Assembly (NCBI GenBank): GCA_963794325.1
Contig: CAWCDG010000004.1
Location: 1,568,001-1,632,000, forward strand
DNA from: an uncultured delta proteobacterium
Lineage (GTDB): Bacteria; Desulfobacterota; Binatia; Binatales; Binataceae
Direction of reading: 5' to 3'
Length of the DNA stretch: 64,000 bases
Made by a program: the position numbers and the translations under genes. Position 1 is the stretch's first letter. Every line of letters starts with the position of its first letter. The notes below the pieces were generated by a model that saw only the letters and a program-made list of their open reading frames with translations, searched no databases and was not told the DNA's origin. This document shows positions 1 to 10,733 of this stretch, one piece after another.

Positions 1-240
1 GCGATGATGGAAGATAGCGCCGAGGTTGCGCAGATCGCGCGCAATGACGCAGTCGGGTTCGTAGTGCGGCCGGGCGACATCGATGCGCTCGTCGCCGCGA
101 TTCGCGAAGCGGCTGATGCGCCGGAACATCTCAAGCAGATGGGTTTGCGGGCGCGACGTCTGGCAGAGCTGCGGTTCGATCGGAACAAGGTCACTACCAG
201 GTTCGGCGCGATGCTGGCCGGTGTCGCGACCTGGAATTAA
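1..240 (+). CDS. Glycosyltransferase family 4 (WcaI-like), C-terminal part; gene starts before the window
   Basis: GT-B C-terminal pattern GFVVRPGDIDALVAAI...MGLRARRLAE..F; frame is open from base 1. Confidence 0.8.
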   Translation, partial: AMMEDSAEVAQIARNDAVGFVVRPGDIDALVAAIREAADAPEHLKQMGLRARRLAELRFDRNKVTTRFGAMLAGVATWN

Positions 241-251
241 CGGGAGAGAAA

Positions 252-614
252 ATGAATCGAGCAAGAAAGCCGGTTCGGATTGTCCCCAAGGGATGGGGCC
301 GCGAAGTATGGATCGCTAATGGCGATCTCTACTGCGGAAAAATCCTGGAAATTCGCAAGGGCAAGAAGTGCTCACTGCACTACCACAAGCTGAAGACTGA
401 ATCGTTCTACTTGCGCAGTGGTAAGCTGATCGTGCGGGTCAAAGAGTCGCCGGATAGCGCCACGATCGACGAGTTCGAACTGGTGGCAGGCGAATGCATG
501 GACGTCCCGATCGGATTGGTGCATCAGATGGAAGCGATCGAAGACGCCGAGCTGTTTGAATTTTCGACCCAACACTTTGACAGCGATTCGCATCGGCTGG
601 TGCCCGGCGACTGA
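252..614 (+). CDS. Cupin-domain protein (sugar isomerase-like)
   Basis: VPKGWGREVWI, SLHYHKLKTESFY and VHQMEA cupin motifs; GGGAG RBS upstream. Confidence 0.8.
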   Translation: MNRARKPVRIVPKGWGREVWIANGDLYCGKILEIRKGKKCSLHYHKLKTESFYLRSGKLIVRVKESPDSATIDEFELVAGECMDVPIGLVHQMEAIEDAELFEFSTQHFDSDSHRLVPGD

Positions 615-642
615 ATCCGGACGGCGGCAAGGCCAGCAACGG

Positions 643-669
643 GGCGCGGTAATATGCCGCGCCTTTTTT
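643..669 (+). terminator. Intrinsic terminator
   Basis: GGCGCGG-taatatg-CCGCGCC hairpin followed by a T run, downstream of the cupin gene. Confidence 0.7.
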
Positions 670-745
670 GTTTGCGTCGATGGGCAGGTTTTTGCCCTCG
701 AACGGACGTGATATATTTTTGCGTTACCGCGCGACGCATAAAACC

Positions 746-1762
746 ATGGCACAAGTAGCATTAATCACCGGCGTGACCGGACAGGACGGTTCGTACCTCG
801 CAGAGTTTCTGCTGAATAAGGGATATGAAGTGCACGGCATGGTGCGCCGCACTTCGAGTTTCGCGACGGGCCGAATCGACCATCTGCGCAAAGGCTTCGG
901 TCCGGGCTCGGAAGGTCTGCAACTGCATTACGGCGACCTCGGCGACGGTACCGGGCTGCGGCGAATCATCGAGCAGGTGCGTCCCGACGAGGTTTACAAT
1001 CTTGCCGCGCAATCGCACGTGCGCATTTCATTCGACCAGCCTGAATACACGGCGGACGTCGTTGGCCTCGGGGCGCTGCGATTGCTCGAGGCGTTGCGCG
1101 ATCACAACAAACGTCGCGGGCGAGCGTCGAAGCTGTACCAGGCGGGATCGTCGGAGATGTTCGGCAAGATAACCGAGCAGCCGCAGCGCGAGACCACTCC
1201 GTTTCATCCGCGGAGTCCTTACGCCTGTGCCAAGGTCTATGCGCACTGGCAGACGGTCAACTATCGCGAAGCGTATGGGCTGTTCGCCTGCAACGGGATT
1301 CTTTTCAATCACGAGTCGCCAAGGCGCGGCGAAAATTTCGTGACGCGCAAGATCACGCGCAGCGCGACCCGCATAAAGTTGGGCATTCAGGAGAAGCTGG
1401 CACTCGGAAATCTGGACGCGCGACGCGACTGGGGATTTGCCGGCGACTACGTCGAAGCGATGTGGCTGATGCTGCAGCAAGAGCAGCCAGACGACTACGT
1501 AATCGCGACCGGCGAGACTCATTCAGTGCAGGAATTTCTCGAAGTGGTGTTCGATCGCCTGAAGCTGAAATGGCAGGATCACGTCGAGATCGAGCAGCGG
1601 TTCTTCCGTCCCGCGGAAGTCGATCTGTTGATCGGCGACGCCTCGAAAGCGAAGCGTCAACTCGGTTGGACGCCCAAGGTTAAGTTCGAGAAGCTCGCCG
1701 AACTGATGATCGAAGCGGATCTTGAACTTGCCGAACGCGAACTACGCAGCAAGCCACATTAA
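746..1762 (+). CDS. gmd: GDP-mannose 4,6-dehydratase
   Basis: [36 protein letters not shown] and [16 protein letters not shown] motifs. Confidence 0.97.
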   Translation: MAQVALITGVTGQDGSYLAEFLLNKGYEVHGMVRRTSSFATGRIDHLRKGFGPGSEGLQLHYGDLGDGTGLRRIIEQVRPDEVYNLAAQSHVRISFDQPEYTADVVGLGALRLLEALRDHNKRRGRASKLYQAGSSEMFGKITEQPQRETTPFHPRSPYACAKVYAHWQTVNYREAYGLFACNGILFNHESPRRGENFVTRKITRSATRIKLGIQEKLALGNLDARRDWGFAGDYVEAMWLMLQQEQPDDYVIATGETHSVQEFLEVVFDRLKLKWQDHVEIEQRFFRPAEVDLLIGDASKAKRQLGWTPKVKFEKLAELMIEADLELAERELRSKPH

Positions 1763-1775
1763 GGAAAATAGTTAG

Positions 1776-4700
1776 CTAGCCGGCGGCGCGCTTGATGGCG
1801 GCGGCCTCGAACTCGCGCTCGAGGCGCTCGATGTCGGCCGGTGAGAGGCTGAAATATTTGGCCTCGGGATGATGGAAGACGACGGCGCTGACCGCGCTTT
1901 CGGGATCCATCATGAAGCCGTCGGTAAGTTGCACGCCGATCGCGTTTTTCTCTACCTCGAGCAGGCGGAACAGCGGCTCCTGATCTTCGAGACGCGGACA
2001 AGCGGGATAGCCGAACGAAAAACGCTTGCCATGGTAGTGCGCCTGCACGAGGTCCTTGAGCGAGAGTCCCGGCGGATCGCCGAAGCCCCACATCTGGCGA
2101 ATCTTCAGGTGCAGCAGCTCGGCGAACGCCTCGGCCCCTTCGAGCGCGAGCACCTGAAGGATGTGCGAGCGCAGGTAATCGCCCTTCTCTTTCCAATCCT
2201 CGGCGAGCGCGCGCACGCCCGTGCCGATGGTCGTGACGAACATGCAGAGATAGTCGGTGCGGCCGGAGTCGCGCGACGCGACGTAGTCGGCCAGGCACAA
2301 ATGCGGCGGGTCGCTCTGGCGGCCGAAGGTGAACGACTCGAGCGTGGTTTTGCCGTCCGGCGAAAAAATCATGACGGTGCGATCGCCGTCGGACTGCACG
2401 GGGAAAAATCTGAAAACGGCGTTCGCGGAAATGTCGGCGCGCGCGAGAATTTGTTGCGCGACTTCTTCGACGCGATCGTGAAGCTCGCGCGCTTTGGGGT
2501 CGGCGGCCTCGAACGCCTCGACAAAATTCTGGAAGCCGAGATGCTTCGAGTAGAGGTTCTTGGGATTGATGTACTCGAAGATCTCGCCGAGATCGTAGTT
2601 GCGGATCACATGAGTCTTCAGGTCGGGCGGCTTCGGAATCTCGACGTCGCGACGCACCGATGAAGTGCGCGGGGTCGCGTCCGCCGGCGCATCGACCACT
2701 TTCGGCGCCGCCTCGAGCATCTTTTTGGATTGCTCGGCGAGCACGTGCTTGAGCGATTCGCGCCGCTCGAAGTCCATGATCTGATTGGCGAGATCCAGGC
2801 CGTTCATCGCGTCATTGGCGTACGCAACGAGGCCCGGATATTCGGGAGCGATTTTCATGCGCGTGAAGCGGTTCGACAGCGCGGCGCCGCCGACCAGGAT
2901 CGGACAATCGATCCCCGCGGTCTTCAAGTCCTGCGCCGTCGCGACCATCATCTGCGCCGACTTCACCAGCAACCCCGACAGTCCGATCGCGTCAGGCCCG
3001 TGCTCGCGGAACGCCTTGATCAGCTCCTCGGGCGGCACCTTGATCCCGAGATTGACGACGCGGTAGCCGTTGTTGCTGAGAATTATCTCGACCAGGTTCT
3101 TGCCGATGTCGTGAACATCGCCCTTAACCGTCGCGAGAATAATCTTGCCCTTGGTCGCGCTCTCGGATTTCTGCATATGCGGTTCGAGGTGCGCGACCGC
3201 GGCCTTCATCGCCTCGGCCGATTGCAGAACTTCGGCGACGATCATCTGATTGGCGTTGAACAACCGTCCGACCTCGTCCATGCCCTTCATCAACGGGCCG
3301 TTGATGATTTCGAGCGGGCCGCGCGTCGTCAGCGCCTCGTTGAGGTCGTCGACCAGGCCGTCCTTCGAGCCTTCGAGGATGTATCGCGCGAGGCGACCGT
3401 CGAGCGGCATCGACTTGCGATCCTCGGCGGTGACGGTGCTTTTGCGCTCGCGGAAATGAGCGGCGAAGGCTGCGATCGGATCGTCGCCGCGCCACCAGAT
3501 CAAATCCTCGGCGAGTTTGCGCTCTTCTTCAGGAATCGTCGGATAGCGATGCAGCTTTTCCGAATTGACGATCGCGAGGTCGAGACCCGCCTGAACGCAG
3601 TGATAGAGCATCACGGCGTTGAGCACTTCGCGGCCCGCCTCCGGCAGTCCGAAGGAAACGTTCGATATGCCGAGGATCGTTTTGCAACTAGGCAGCGCTT
3701 CCTTGATCAGGCGAATGCCCTCGATCGTCTCGATGCCGGAGCCGATATAATTTTTGTCGCCGGTGCCGACCGGGAACACGAGCGGATCGAAAATGATGTC
3801 CTCGGGCTCGACGCCGTATTTTTCGGTGAGCAGCTTGAACGAACGCTCCGCCACCTGCAGTTTGCGCTGCCGTGTAACGGCTTGCGCCTGCTGCTTGTCG
3901 TCGTCGATACATCCGACGACCAGTGCGGCGCCGAAGCGGCGCGCCAGCGGCACGACCTTCTTGAAGCGATCCTCGCCGTCTTCCAGGTTAATCGAATTGA
4001 TCAGCGACTTGCCCGGCGTGCGCTTGAGCGACTCTTCGATCACGCGATGATCGGTCGAGTCGATCATCAGCGGCACTTTTACTTTTTTGACTTCGATTTC
4101 GAGAAAACGGGTGACGTCCGTCATCTCGTCGCGATCCGGATCCTGCAGGCATACGTCGAGGATGTGCGCGCCGCGGCGCACCTGCACGCGCCCAACCTCG
4201 GAAGCCTCCTCGACCTTACCGTCGGCGATCAGCCGCTTGAACTTCCGGCTGCCGAGCACGTTGGTGCGCTCGCCCACGATCACCGGCCGCGTGTCGTTGT
4301 CGATCACGAGAGTCTCGATGCCGGAAACGACCGAGCGCCTGAGAGTCGAGCGCTCGCGCGGACGTTTGCCGGCGACGGCTTGGACCAGCAGGCGGATATG
4401 TTCGGGTGTCGTGCCGCAGCATCCGCCGACTAGATTGACCCAGCCGTTTTCGGCGAAGCGCGCAATTTTCCCCGCGAGCATCTCGGGGGTCTCGTTGTAA
4501 TTTCCCTCTTCGTCGGGCAGACCCGCGTTGGGAATGCACGCCACGAAGAATTTGGAGATGCCGGAAAGAGTGCGCAGGTGATCGGTCATGAAGTCGGGAC
4601 CGGTCGCGCAATTGAGGCCCATCCAGAGCAGGTCGCGATGGGCGAGCGAGGTGTAGAACGCCTCGATGTCCTGTCCGCTGAGCAGAGTGCCCATCGTCTC

Positions 4701-5303
4701 GATCGTTCCCGACACACAGACCGCGGGCGCGACGCCTAGTTTCGCGATCGCAGCCTCGATCGCGACGAGACCCGCTTTGCAGTTCAAGGTGTCGTTGACG
4801 GTTTCGAGGAGCAGAATGTCGGCGCCGCCTTCGATCAATCCTTCGGCCTGAATTTGATAGCCGTCACGCATCTGATCGAACGTGACGCCGCCGGTGACCG
4901 AGATGCTCTTGGTCGTCGGGCCCATCGAGCCCGCTACGAAGCGCGGACGGTCGGGGGTGCTGAATTTGGCGGCCCGCTCGCGCGCGAGAGTCGCGGCGAT
5001 GCGGTTGAGTGCGTGCGTTTCCTGTTCGAGTCCGTACTCGGCGAGCACGATTGGGCTCGCCTGGAAGCTCGCGGTCTCGATTACGTCGGCGCCCACTTCG
5101 AGGAAGCCGTCGTGCATCCGGCGAATCAGATCCGGCCGCGTGCGCACGACGTTCTCGTTGCATCCTTCATATCGAGCGCCGCCGTAATCCGCCGCGCTCA
5201 GATTTTCGCCGAGCACGAAGGTCCCGAATGCGCCGTCCAGAACGAGGATTCGTTCGGCGAGCAGCTCGTTGAGGAGCTTGATCCTGTGCGCATCGGTGGT
5301 CAT
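1776..5303 (-). CDS. metH: Cobalamin-dependent methionine synthase
   Basis: Homocysteine domain (LNCATGP, GGCCGT), pterin domain (VGERTN), B12 motif KGDVHDIGKN, activation domain FSFGYPACP. Confidence 0.97.
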   Translation of the reverse strand: MTTDAHRIKLLNELLAERILVLDGAFGTFVLGENLSAADYGGARYEGCNENVVRTRPDLIRRMHDGFLEVGADVIETASFQASPIVLAEYGLEQETHALNRIAATLARERAAKFSTPDRPRFVAGSMGPTTKSISVTGGVTFDQMRDGYQIQAEGLIEGGADILLLETVNDTLNCKAGLVAIEAAIAKLGVAPAVCVSGTIETMGTLLSGQDIEAFYTSLAHRDLLWMGLNCATGPDFMTDHLRTLSGISKFFVACIPNAGLPDEEGNYNETPEMLAGKIARFAENGWVNLVGGCCGTTPEHIRLLVQAVAGKRPRERSTLRRSVVSGIETLVIDNDTRPVIVGERTNVLGSRKFKRLIADGKVEEASEVGRVQVRRGAHILDVCLQDPDRDEMTDVTRFLEIEVKKVKVPLMIDSTDHRVIEESLKRTPGKSLINSINLEDGEDRFKKVVPLARRFGAALVVGCIDDDKQQAQAVTRQRKLQVAERSFKLLTEKYGVEPEDIIFDPLVFPVGTGDKNYIGSGIETIEGIRLIKEALPSCKTILGISNVSFGLPEAGREVLNAVMLYHCVQAGLDLAIVNSEKLHRYPTIPEEERKLAEDLIWWRGDDPIAAFAAHFRERKSTVTAEDRKSMPLDGRLARYILEGSKDGLVDDLNEALTTRGPLEIINGPLMKGMDEVGRLFNANQMIVAEVLQSAEAMKAAVAHLEPHMQKSESATKGKIILATVKGDVHDIGKNLVEIILSNNGYRVVNLGIKVPPEELIKAFREHGPDAIGLSGLLVKSAQMMVATAQDLKTAGIDCPILVGGAALSNRFTRMKIAPEYPGLVAYANDAMNGLDLANQIMDFERRESLKHVLAEQSKKMLEAAPKVVDAPADATPRTSSVRRDVEIPKPPDLKTHVIRNYDLGEIFEYINPKNLYSKHLGFQNFVEAFEAADPKARELHDRVEEVAQQILARADISANAVFRFFPVQSDGDRTVMIFSPDGKTTLESFTFGRQSDPPHLCLADYVASRDSGRTDYLCMFVTTIGTGVRALAEDWKEKGDYLRSHILQVLALEGAEAFAELLHLKIRQMWGFGDPPGLSLKDLVQAHYHGKRFSFGYPACPRLEDQEPLFRLLEVEKNAIGVQLTDGFMMDPESAVSAVVFHHPEAKYFSLSPADIERLEREFEAAAIKRAAG

Positions 5304-5398
5304 TGTTGGATGCCCGTTCAGGTGCGGGCGGTAACCAACTAAGTTATCCTAGCCATGCAGACCGCGCAATTTTGTCCGATTCGCATGCCGTTCTCTCA

Positions 5399-6322
5399 AT
5401 GAGTACCAATTCGCAATCGCAACCGCGTCTCGTGCTGGTGACTGGCGGCGCTGGCTTCATCGGATCGAATCTCGTTGACGCACTGATCGCCGCGGGCTTG
5501 CGCGTGCGGACGATCGACAACTTTGCCACCGGCCGGCGCGATGGTGTTAACCACGCGGCCGAGGTCGTCGAAGCGGACATCCGCGACGCGTCCTCGATTG
5601 ACGCTGCCTTCGACGGCGTCGATACGGTGTTCCATGTCGCGGCGCAGCCACGAATTCCACTTTCGATTGCGAAGCCGGTCGAGACGCACATGACCAACGT
5701 GGTTGGGACCCTGAACGTGCTGATCGCCGCGCGCGATCATAAGGTTCGCCGCGTCGTGTACTCGGGATCGTCGTCGGTGTACGGCGATCAGGCAACGATA
5801 CCGCTGGTCGAGACGATGACACCGAATCCGCTCAACCCGTACGCGCTGCAGAAATATGTCGGCGAAGAGTACGCGCGAATGTTTCATCGATTGTTCGCGA
5901 TGCAGACGATCACACTCCGCTACTTCGGCGTGTACGGTCCGCGGATGGCGTACGAGGGATCGTACGTGCTGGCGATCGCGGCGTTTCTGAAGGCGCGGCG
6001 CGACGGCCGGCCGCTTGAAATCTACGGCGACGGCGAACAGACGCGGGATTTTACGCATGTCAGCGACGTGGTGTCGGCAAACATCCTTGCGATGGATTGC
6101 GAGATTGCCGACGGGCGCGCGATCAACATTGGGCGCGGCGAGAATGTCAGCCTGAATCGGATCGCCGCGATGATCGGCGGGCCGATCGTTCATCATGAAG
6201 GACGCGCCGGCGATATGCGCGACACGCTGGCGGATCGCACTGAGGCTGAGCGAGTCCTGGGATGGCGGCCGCGCGTGTCGATCGAAGAAGGGATCGCGGA
6301 CCTGTTGAAACGACAGGTCTAG
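5399..6322 (+). CDS. NAD-dependent nucleotide-sugar epimerase/dehydratase (extended SDR)
   Basis: TGGAGFIGS, SSSVYG, YALQK (YxxxK), GDGEQTRDF. Confidence 0.9.
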   Translation: MSTNSQSQPRLVLVTGGAGFIGSNLVDALIAAGLRVRTIDNFATGRRDGVNHAAEVVEADIRDASSIDAAFDGVDTVFHVAAQPRIPLSIAKPVETHMTNVVGTLNVLIAARDHKVRRVVYSGSSSVYGDQATIPLVETMTPNPLNPYALQKYVGEEYARMFHRLFAMQTITLRYFGVYGPRMAYEGSYVLAIAAFLKARRDGRPLEIYGDGEQTRDFTHVSDVVSANILAMDCEIADGRAINIGRGENVSLNRIAAMIGGPIVHHEGRAGDMRDTLADRTEAERVLGWRPRVSIEEGIADLLKRQV

Positions 6323-7404
6323 TAATCCGAAGGAATCGGGGTGGCGCCGCGGGCGCTTGATTCGTAGCACGCCTCGACCACGCCCATCGTGCGGATCGCA
6401 TCTTCGACGCCCGAAAGCAGTCTCGAGTCCTCGCCGGCGACGAAGCGTTGCAGGTCCGACATCGGGCCTTCGAAGGCTTCGAGAAACCACGAACCGCGCA
6501 ACGCAACTGCGTTCCAGCCATTTGAATCTTCAGTCGCGAATTCCAAAGTGTCGGGCTCGCCAGCGGGATAGTTGAGGTTCACGCCCATCTTTGCGATCGC
6601 CGCGCCGCGCGTACCCTCAATCTTCAGCTGCGACATCCCGTAGCGTCTGCCGAATGTGTGCGCGTGATTCATCGTCAGGTTGCATCGAATCGTGTCGCCG
6701 TAATCGAGGACGATACTGGTGCGCGTGTCGGAGTAATCCGGCATCGCGGGATGGCGCACGCCTTTGCAATAGACGCCGCGCGGCTCGCCAATCAACGATC
6801 GAATCAAATCGAGATAGTGTATCGAATGCATCAGCACTTCGAGGCGCGGCACGTTTTTGAGGAACGCCCAGTAGTTCCATGGCGTGTGCAGATTGATTCG
6901 TACTTCGAGGTCGAGGATGTCGCCGAAGACGCCGCGCTCGAGCGCGTCCTTGATGGCGAGCATGTTGGGCGCGAAGCGGAGCTGAAAATTCACTGCGGCG
7001 CGTAGCTTTCGCTCGCGACAGATCGCAACGATTCGGCGTGCGTCAACCAGGTCGCGGCCCAACGGCTTTTGAATCAACACTGCGGCGCCGATCGGCAGCC
7101 GCTCGAGCACGCTCGCGACGTTCTCAGGCGGGATCGCGACGTCGAAGATCGCGTCGCGGGTCAACGCGGCTTCGTCGATCGACTCGAAAACTCGCGGAAT
7201 CGCAAACGCCGCTGCGCGATCGCGGCTCGCATCCGGATTCACGTCGAAAATGCCGGCGACCGGAAAGCCGAGACGTTGGTAGACCGGCAGATGCGCGTCG
7301 CGAACGATGCTCCCCGCGCCGATCACGACGATCGGCTTCGGCGCCGATGGACGCGGCCATGACTGGCGCAGATCGCGAATCGAGGCTGGCAATTGAGTCG
7401 TCAT
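6319..7404 (-). CDS. Gfo/Idh/MocA-family oxidoreductase (candidate sugar dehydrogenase of the fuconate pathway)
   Basis: IGAGSIV..AHLP, QKP, NFQLRF and HSIHYLD motifs; divergent from the fuconate dehydratase gene. Confidence 0.85.
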   Translation of the reverse strand: MTTQLPASIRDLRQSWPRPSAPKPIVVIGAGSIVRDAHLPVYQRLGFPVAGIFDVNPDASRDRAAAFAIPRVFESIDEAALTRDAIFDVAIPPENVASVLERLPIGAAVLIQKPLGRDLVDARRIVAICRERKLRAAVNFQLRFAPNMLAIKDALERGVFGDILDLEVRINLHTPWNYWAFLKNVPRLEVLMHSIHYLDLIRSLIGEPRGVYCKGVRHPAMPDYSDTRTSIVLDYGDTIRCNLTMNHAHTFGRRYGMSQLKIEGTRGAAIAKMGVNLNYPAGEPDTLEFATEDSNGWNAVALRGSWFLEAFEGPMSDLQRFVAGEDSRLLSGVEDAIRTMGVVEACYESSARGATPIPSDY

Positions 7405-7447
7405 CGCCGGTCGCGCGATGCTACCATGCCGCGCAGAGGAAGCGATC

Positions 7448-8752
7448 ATGGCGCGCACAATTTCGGGCCTCTCGGTCCGCGACATCCGAACTCCAACGTC
7501 CAGAACGCTGGCCGGCTCCGACGCCGTGCACACCGACCCCGACTATTCCGCAACGTATGTAGTTCTCACGACGGACGCGCACGACGGAATCGAAGGCCAC
7601 GGCATGACGTTCACACTCGGGCGCGGTAACGAAGTTGTCGTCGCCGCGGTCCGCGCATTGCAGCATCTGATCGTCGGATCGAAGTACGAGGACATCGTCG
7701 CCGACCTGGGAGGCTTCTGGCAGCGGCTCACTTTCGAGAGTCAGCTCAGGTGGATCGGTCCGGAGAAAGGCGCGATTCATCTCGCGACGGCGGCGATCGT
7801 GAATGCGGTCTGGGATCTCTACGCCAAAATCGAGCGCAAGCCGGTGTGGAAACTCGTCGCCGACATGACGCCCGAGCAGTTCGTCGCATGCATCGACTTC
7901 CGCTACCTGACCGACGCTCTCACTCGAGACGACGCGCTCAACATTCTGCGCGGCAAAGTTGCGACGCGTCGCGAACGCGAAGCGCAGATGCGCAAAGAGG
8001 GTTACCCGGCATACATCACGTCCGCAGGATGGATGGGTTATCCCGACGACAAAGTTCGCCGGCTATGCCGCGAGGCGCTCGCTGCCGGATGGACCCGTTT
8101 CAAAATAAAAGTCGGCCGCGACTCCGCGGCTAACGTGCATCGCGCGGAGCTGGTGCGCGAAGAAATCGGACCGCACGCCACGCTGATGATGGACGCGAAC
8201 CAGGCGTGGGACGTCGGCGAGGCAATCGAGTTGATGCGCCCGCTGGCGCGCTTCAATCCATTGTGGATCGAAGAGCCCACCAGCCCCGACGACGTGCTCG
8301 GTCACGCAACGATTCGGCGCGCGATCAAGCCGATAGGAGTCGCGACTGGCGAGCACGCCGCCAATCGCGTGATGTTCAAACAGCTCATGCAGGCTGAGGC
8401 GATCGACTTCTGCCAGTTCGACAATTGCCGCTTAGGCGGACTGAGCGAGGCGCTCGCGGTCCTGCTGCTCGCCGCGAAGTTCGGCGTGCCGGTCTGTCCG
8501 CACGCCGGCGGAATCGGACTCTGCGAATACGGCCAGCACGTTTCAATGATCGATTACATCTGCGTGAGCGGCAGCCTTTACAACCGGATGATCGAATTCG
8601 CCGATCATCTGCATGAACATTTCAAGGATCCGGTAGTCATTCGCGGCGACCGCTACATGCCGCCAACCGCGCCGGGCTTCAGCATCGAGATGCTCCCCGC
8701 GTCGCTCGCGGCGTTCGAGTTTCCCGATGGCGCCGAATGGAGAAAGAAATGA
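7448..8752 (+). CDS. L-fuconate dehydratase (enolase superfamily, ENOSF1/rTS-like)
   Basis: GSDAVHTDPDYS, QLRWIGPEKG, KIKVG, DANQ, EEPTSPDD, TGEH and CPHAGG motifs. Confidence 0.92.
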   Translation: MARTISGLSVRDIRTPTSRTLAGSDAVHTDPDYSATYVVLTTDAHDGIEGHGMTFTLGRGNEVVVAAVRALQHLIVGSKYEDIVADLGGFWQRLTFESQLRWIGPEKGAIHLATAAIVNAVWDLYAKIERKPVWKLVADMTPEQFVACIDFRYLTDALTRDDALNILRGKVATRREREAQMRKEGYPAYITSAGWMGYPDDKVRRLCREALAAGWTRFKIKVGRDSAANVHRAELVREEIGPHATLMMDANQAWDVGEAIELMRPLARFNPLWIEEPTSPDDVLGHATIRRAIKPIGVATGEHAANRVMFKQLMQAEAIDFCQFDNCRLGGLSEALAVLLLAAKFGVPVCPHAGGIGLCEYGQHVSMIDYICVSGSLYNRMIEFADHLHEHFKDPVVIRGDRYMPPTAPGFSIEMLPASLAAFEFPDGAEWRKK

Positions 8753-9558
8753 AACACCAGATCAAATTGCCGTTGTTCGCGCTGCTCGCCGTGGCGATCG
8801 CAACGATCTTGCTGCCGCAATCGGCGGTCGCGGATGACTCTGGCACTGCGGCCGCGCTCCAGGCTGCGATCGCAGGACCGCAGCGTTCCGACGCGAACAA
8901 GGCTCGCGACAAATATCGGCATCCGCTCGAGACGCTAACGTTCTTCGGGATCAGGCCCGACATGACGGTGGTCGAGATCTCGCCCGGAACGGGTTGGTAC
9001 ACCGAGATTCTCGCGCCGTTTCTCAAAGACCACGGCAAGCTTTACGAAGCGGTCGGAGGAGGAGCGGGCGCGAAGACCTTCGAGGACAAACTCAAAGCCG
9101 ATCCAGCTGTTTACAGCCAGGTCATCGTCACTACATTGCAACCGCCGGCGCAAACCGAAATCGCGCCCGCGGGCACCGCTGACATGGTCCTGACGTTTCG
9201 CAACGTTCACGACTGGCTCCCGCGCGGCACGACGCAAGATTATTTCAAAGCCTTTTATCGAGCGCTGAAGCCCGGCGGCGTCCTGGGCATAACCGATCAT
9301 CGCGCCGATCCGTCGCAGCCGCAGGATCCGAAAGCAAAGAACGGATACGTGCGCCAGGACTATATGATCCAAATCGCGGAGCAGGCCGGTTTCAAGCTGG
9401 CGGGCACGTCGGAAATCAACGCGAATCCCAAGGACCCGCGCAATCAACCCGTGTGGAATCTGCCGCCAACGTTGCGCCAGAAAGATAAGGATCGCGACAA
9501 GTACCTGGCAATCGGCGAAAGCGACCGCATGACGCTCAAGTTCATCAAGCCGAATTGA
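8749..9558 (+). CDS. Predicted exported class I SAM-dependent methyltransferase
   Basis: Sec-type signal peptide; RDKYRHP.ETL.FFG, VEISPGTGWYTEIL, FRNVHDW, AIGESDRMTLKF. Confidence 0.85.
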   Translation: MKHQIKLPLFALLAVAIATILLPQSAVADDSGTAAALQAAIAGPQRSDANKARDKYRHPLETLTFFGIRPDMTVVEISPGTGWYTEILAPFLKDHGKLYEAVGGGAGAKTFEDKLKADPAVYSQVIVTTLQPPAQTEIAPAGTADMVLTFRNVHDWLPRGTTQDYFKAFYRALKPGGVLGITDHRADPSQPQDPKAKNGYVRQDYMIQIAEQAGFKLAGTSEINANPKDPRNQPVWNLPPTLRQKDKDRDKYLAIGESDRMTLKFIKPN

Positions 9559-9579
9559 AAAAGTGGATTCGCGCGCGCG

Positions 9580-9912
9580 TCAGAGCGTGAAGACCAGCTT
9601 CATCTCGGCCCACCATTCGCCGGGCTGGGCGCCGGGGAGCGGCTCCTGCATCGAGGCCATCAGCGCTTGCCATTCGCGGTTGCGCGGATTGATCGCCTCG
9701 TAGCGCGCGAAGTCGCGCTCGGGATCGAATTCGTCGGTCGTCTCCATGAACATGAAGAGCTGGCGGCCCAGCATGAAGATCAACATCCGCTCGATGCCGA
9801 TGGATTTGAGGCCACTCTCGACTTCCGGCCAAATTGCGCGATGGTGCTCGAGGTAGCGCTCGATGATCAGCGGGTCGTTCTTCAGGTTGATGGTGCGGCC
9901 GTACTGCTTCAT
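9580..9912 (-). CDS. L-rhamnose/L-fucose mutarotase family protein
   Basis: LKNDP.IIERY.EHHRAIWPEV and WWAEMKLVF; start overlaps the SDR stop (TGATG). Confidence 0.88.
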   Translation of the reverse strand: MKQYGRTINLKNDPLIIERYLEHHRAIWPEVESGLKSIGIERMLIFMLGRQLFMFMETTDEFDPERDFARYEAINPRNREWQALMASMQEPLPGAQPGEWWAEMKLVFTL

Positions 9913-10688
9913 CAGAATGCGAGCACGCCGCCGTCGATTGGATACGCCTGGCCGGTGATGAACGAGGCCTCGTCCGAGCACAGGTAGAGCGCGAGCGCCG
10001 CGACTTCCCCGGGCGTGCCCATCCGGCCGAGCGGTTGATACTCCGAGAGCTGTTTGAACATCTCGGCCTCGCGTCCCGGATAAGTCGTGCGCAGGTATCC
10101 GTCGACGAACGGCGTGTGAACGCGCGCGGGGCAGATGCAGTTGCATCGGATACCGCGCTTGACGTAGTCAACCGCGATCGAACGCGTCATCGTCAGCACC
10201 GCGCCCTTGCTCATCGAGTATGCGAAGCGATCGGTGAGTCCGATCAGCGACGCGATCGACGCGAGGTTAAGAATCACACCGCCGCCGCTCGCGAGCATCC
10301 GCCGCACTGCCGCGCGCGAACAAAGAAATATGCCCTTCACGTTGACCGAATAGATCCGGTCAAGGTCTTCCTCGGAGGTGTTCTCGACGGTCCCGATGTG
10401 CGCGATACCGGCATTGTTCACGAGTATGTCGGTACGTAACGCGTTCTTATCAGCATCGATGCGAGCGAAGGCGGCTTCCACCGAATCGGCGATCGCAACG
10501 TCGCATTCGAGCGCCGACGCTGTGCCGCCCGCTGCGCGAATCTTCTCGACCGCGGCGGTAGCCGCATTGAGATCGCGATCGAGCGCGAAGACATGCGCAC
10601 CGTTTTGTGCAAACGTCGATGCGATCGCCAAGCCGATCCCCGAGCCTGCGCCCGTGACAACTGCTGATTTTCCATCAAGCCGAAACAC
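9912..10688 (-). CDS. SDR oxidoreductase, probable 2-keto-3-deoxy-L-fuconate dehydrogenase
   Basis: TGAGSGIG, NNAG, DRFAYSMSKGAV and RCNCICPARVHTPFV; fuconate-pathway context; GTG start assumed. Confidence 0.85.
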   Translation of the reverse strand: MFRLDGKSAVVTGAGSGIGLAIASTFAQNGAHVFALDRDLNAATAAVEKIRAAGGTASALECDVAIADSVEAAFARIDADKNALRTDILVNNAGIAHIGTVENTSEEDLDRIYSVNVKGIFLCSRAAVRRMLASGGGVILNLASIASLIGLTDRFAYSMSKGAVLTMTRSIAVDYVKRGIRCNCICPARVHTPFVDGYLRTTYPGREAEMFKQLSEYQPLGRMGTPGEVAALALYLCSDEASFITGQAYPIDGGVLAF

Positions 10689-10733
10689 GCGAGAACAGTA
10701 AAACAGGCGGGCGCCACATGACAACCGGGCCGG

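Noticed and set aside
5304-5398. Possible SAM or cobalamin riboswitch upstream of metH
   Set aside because: Only 95 bp shared with a divergent gene, and no riboswitch consensus is visible
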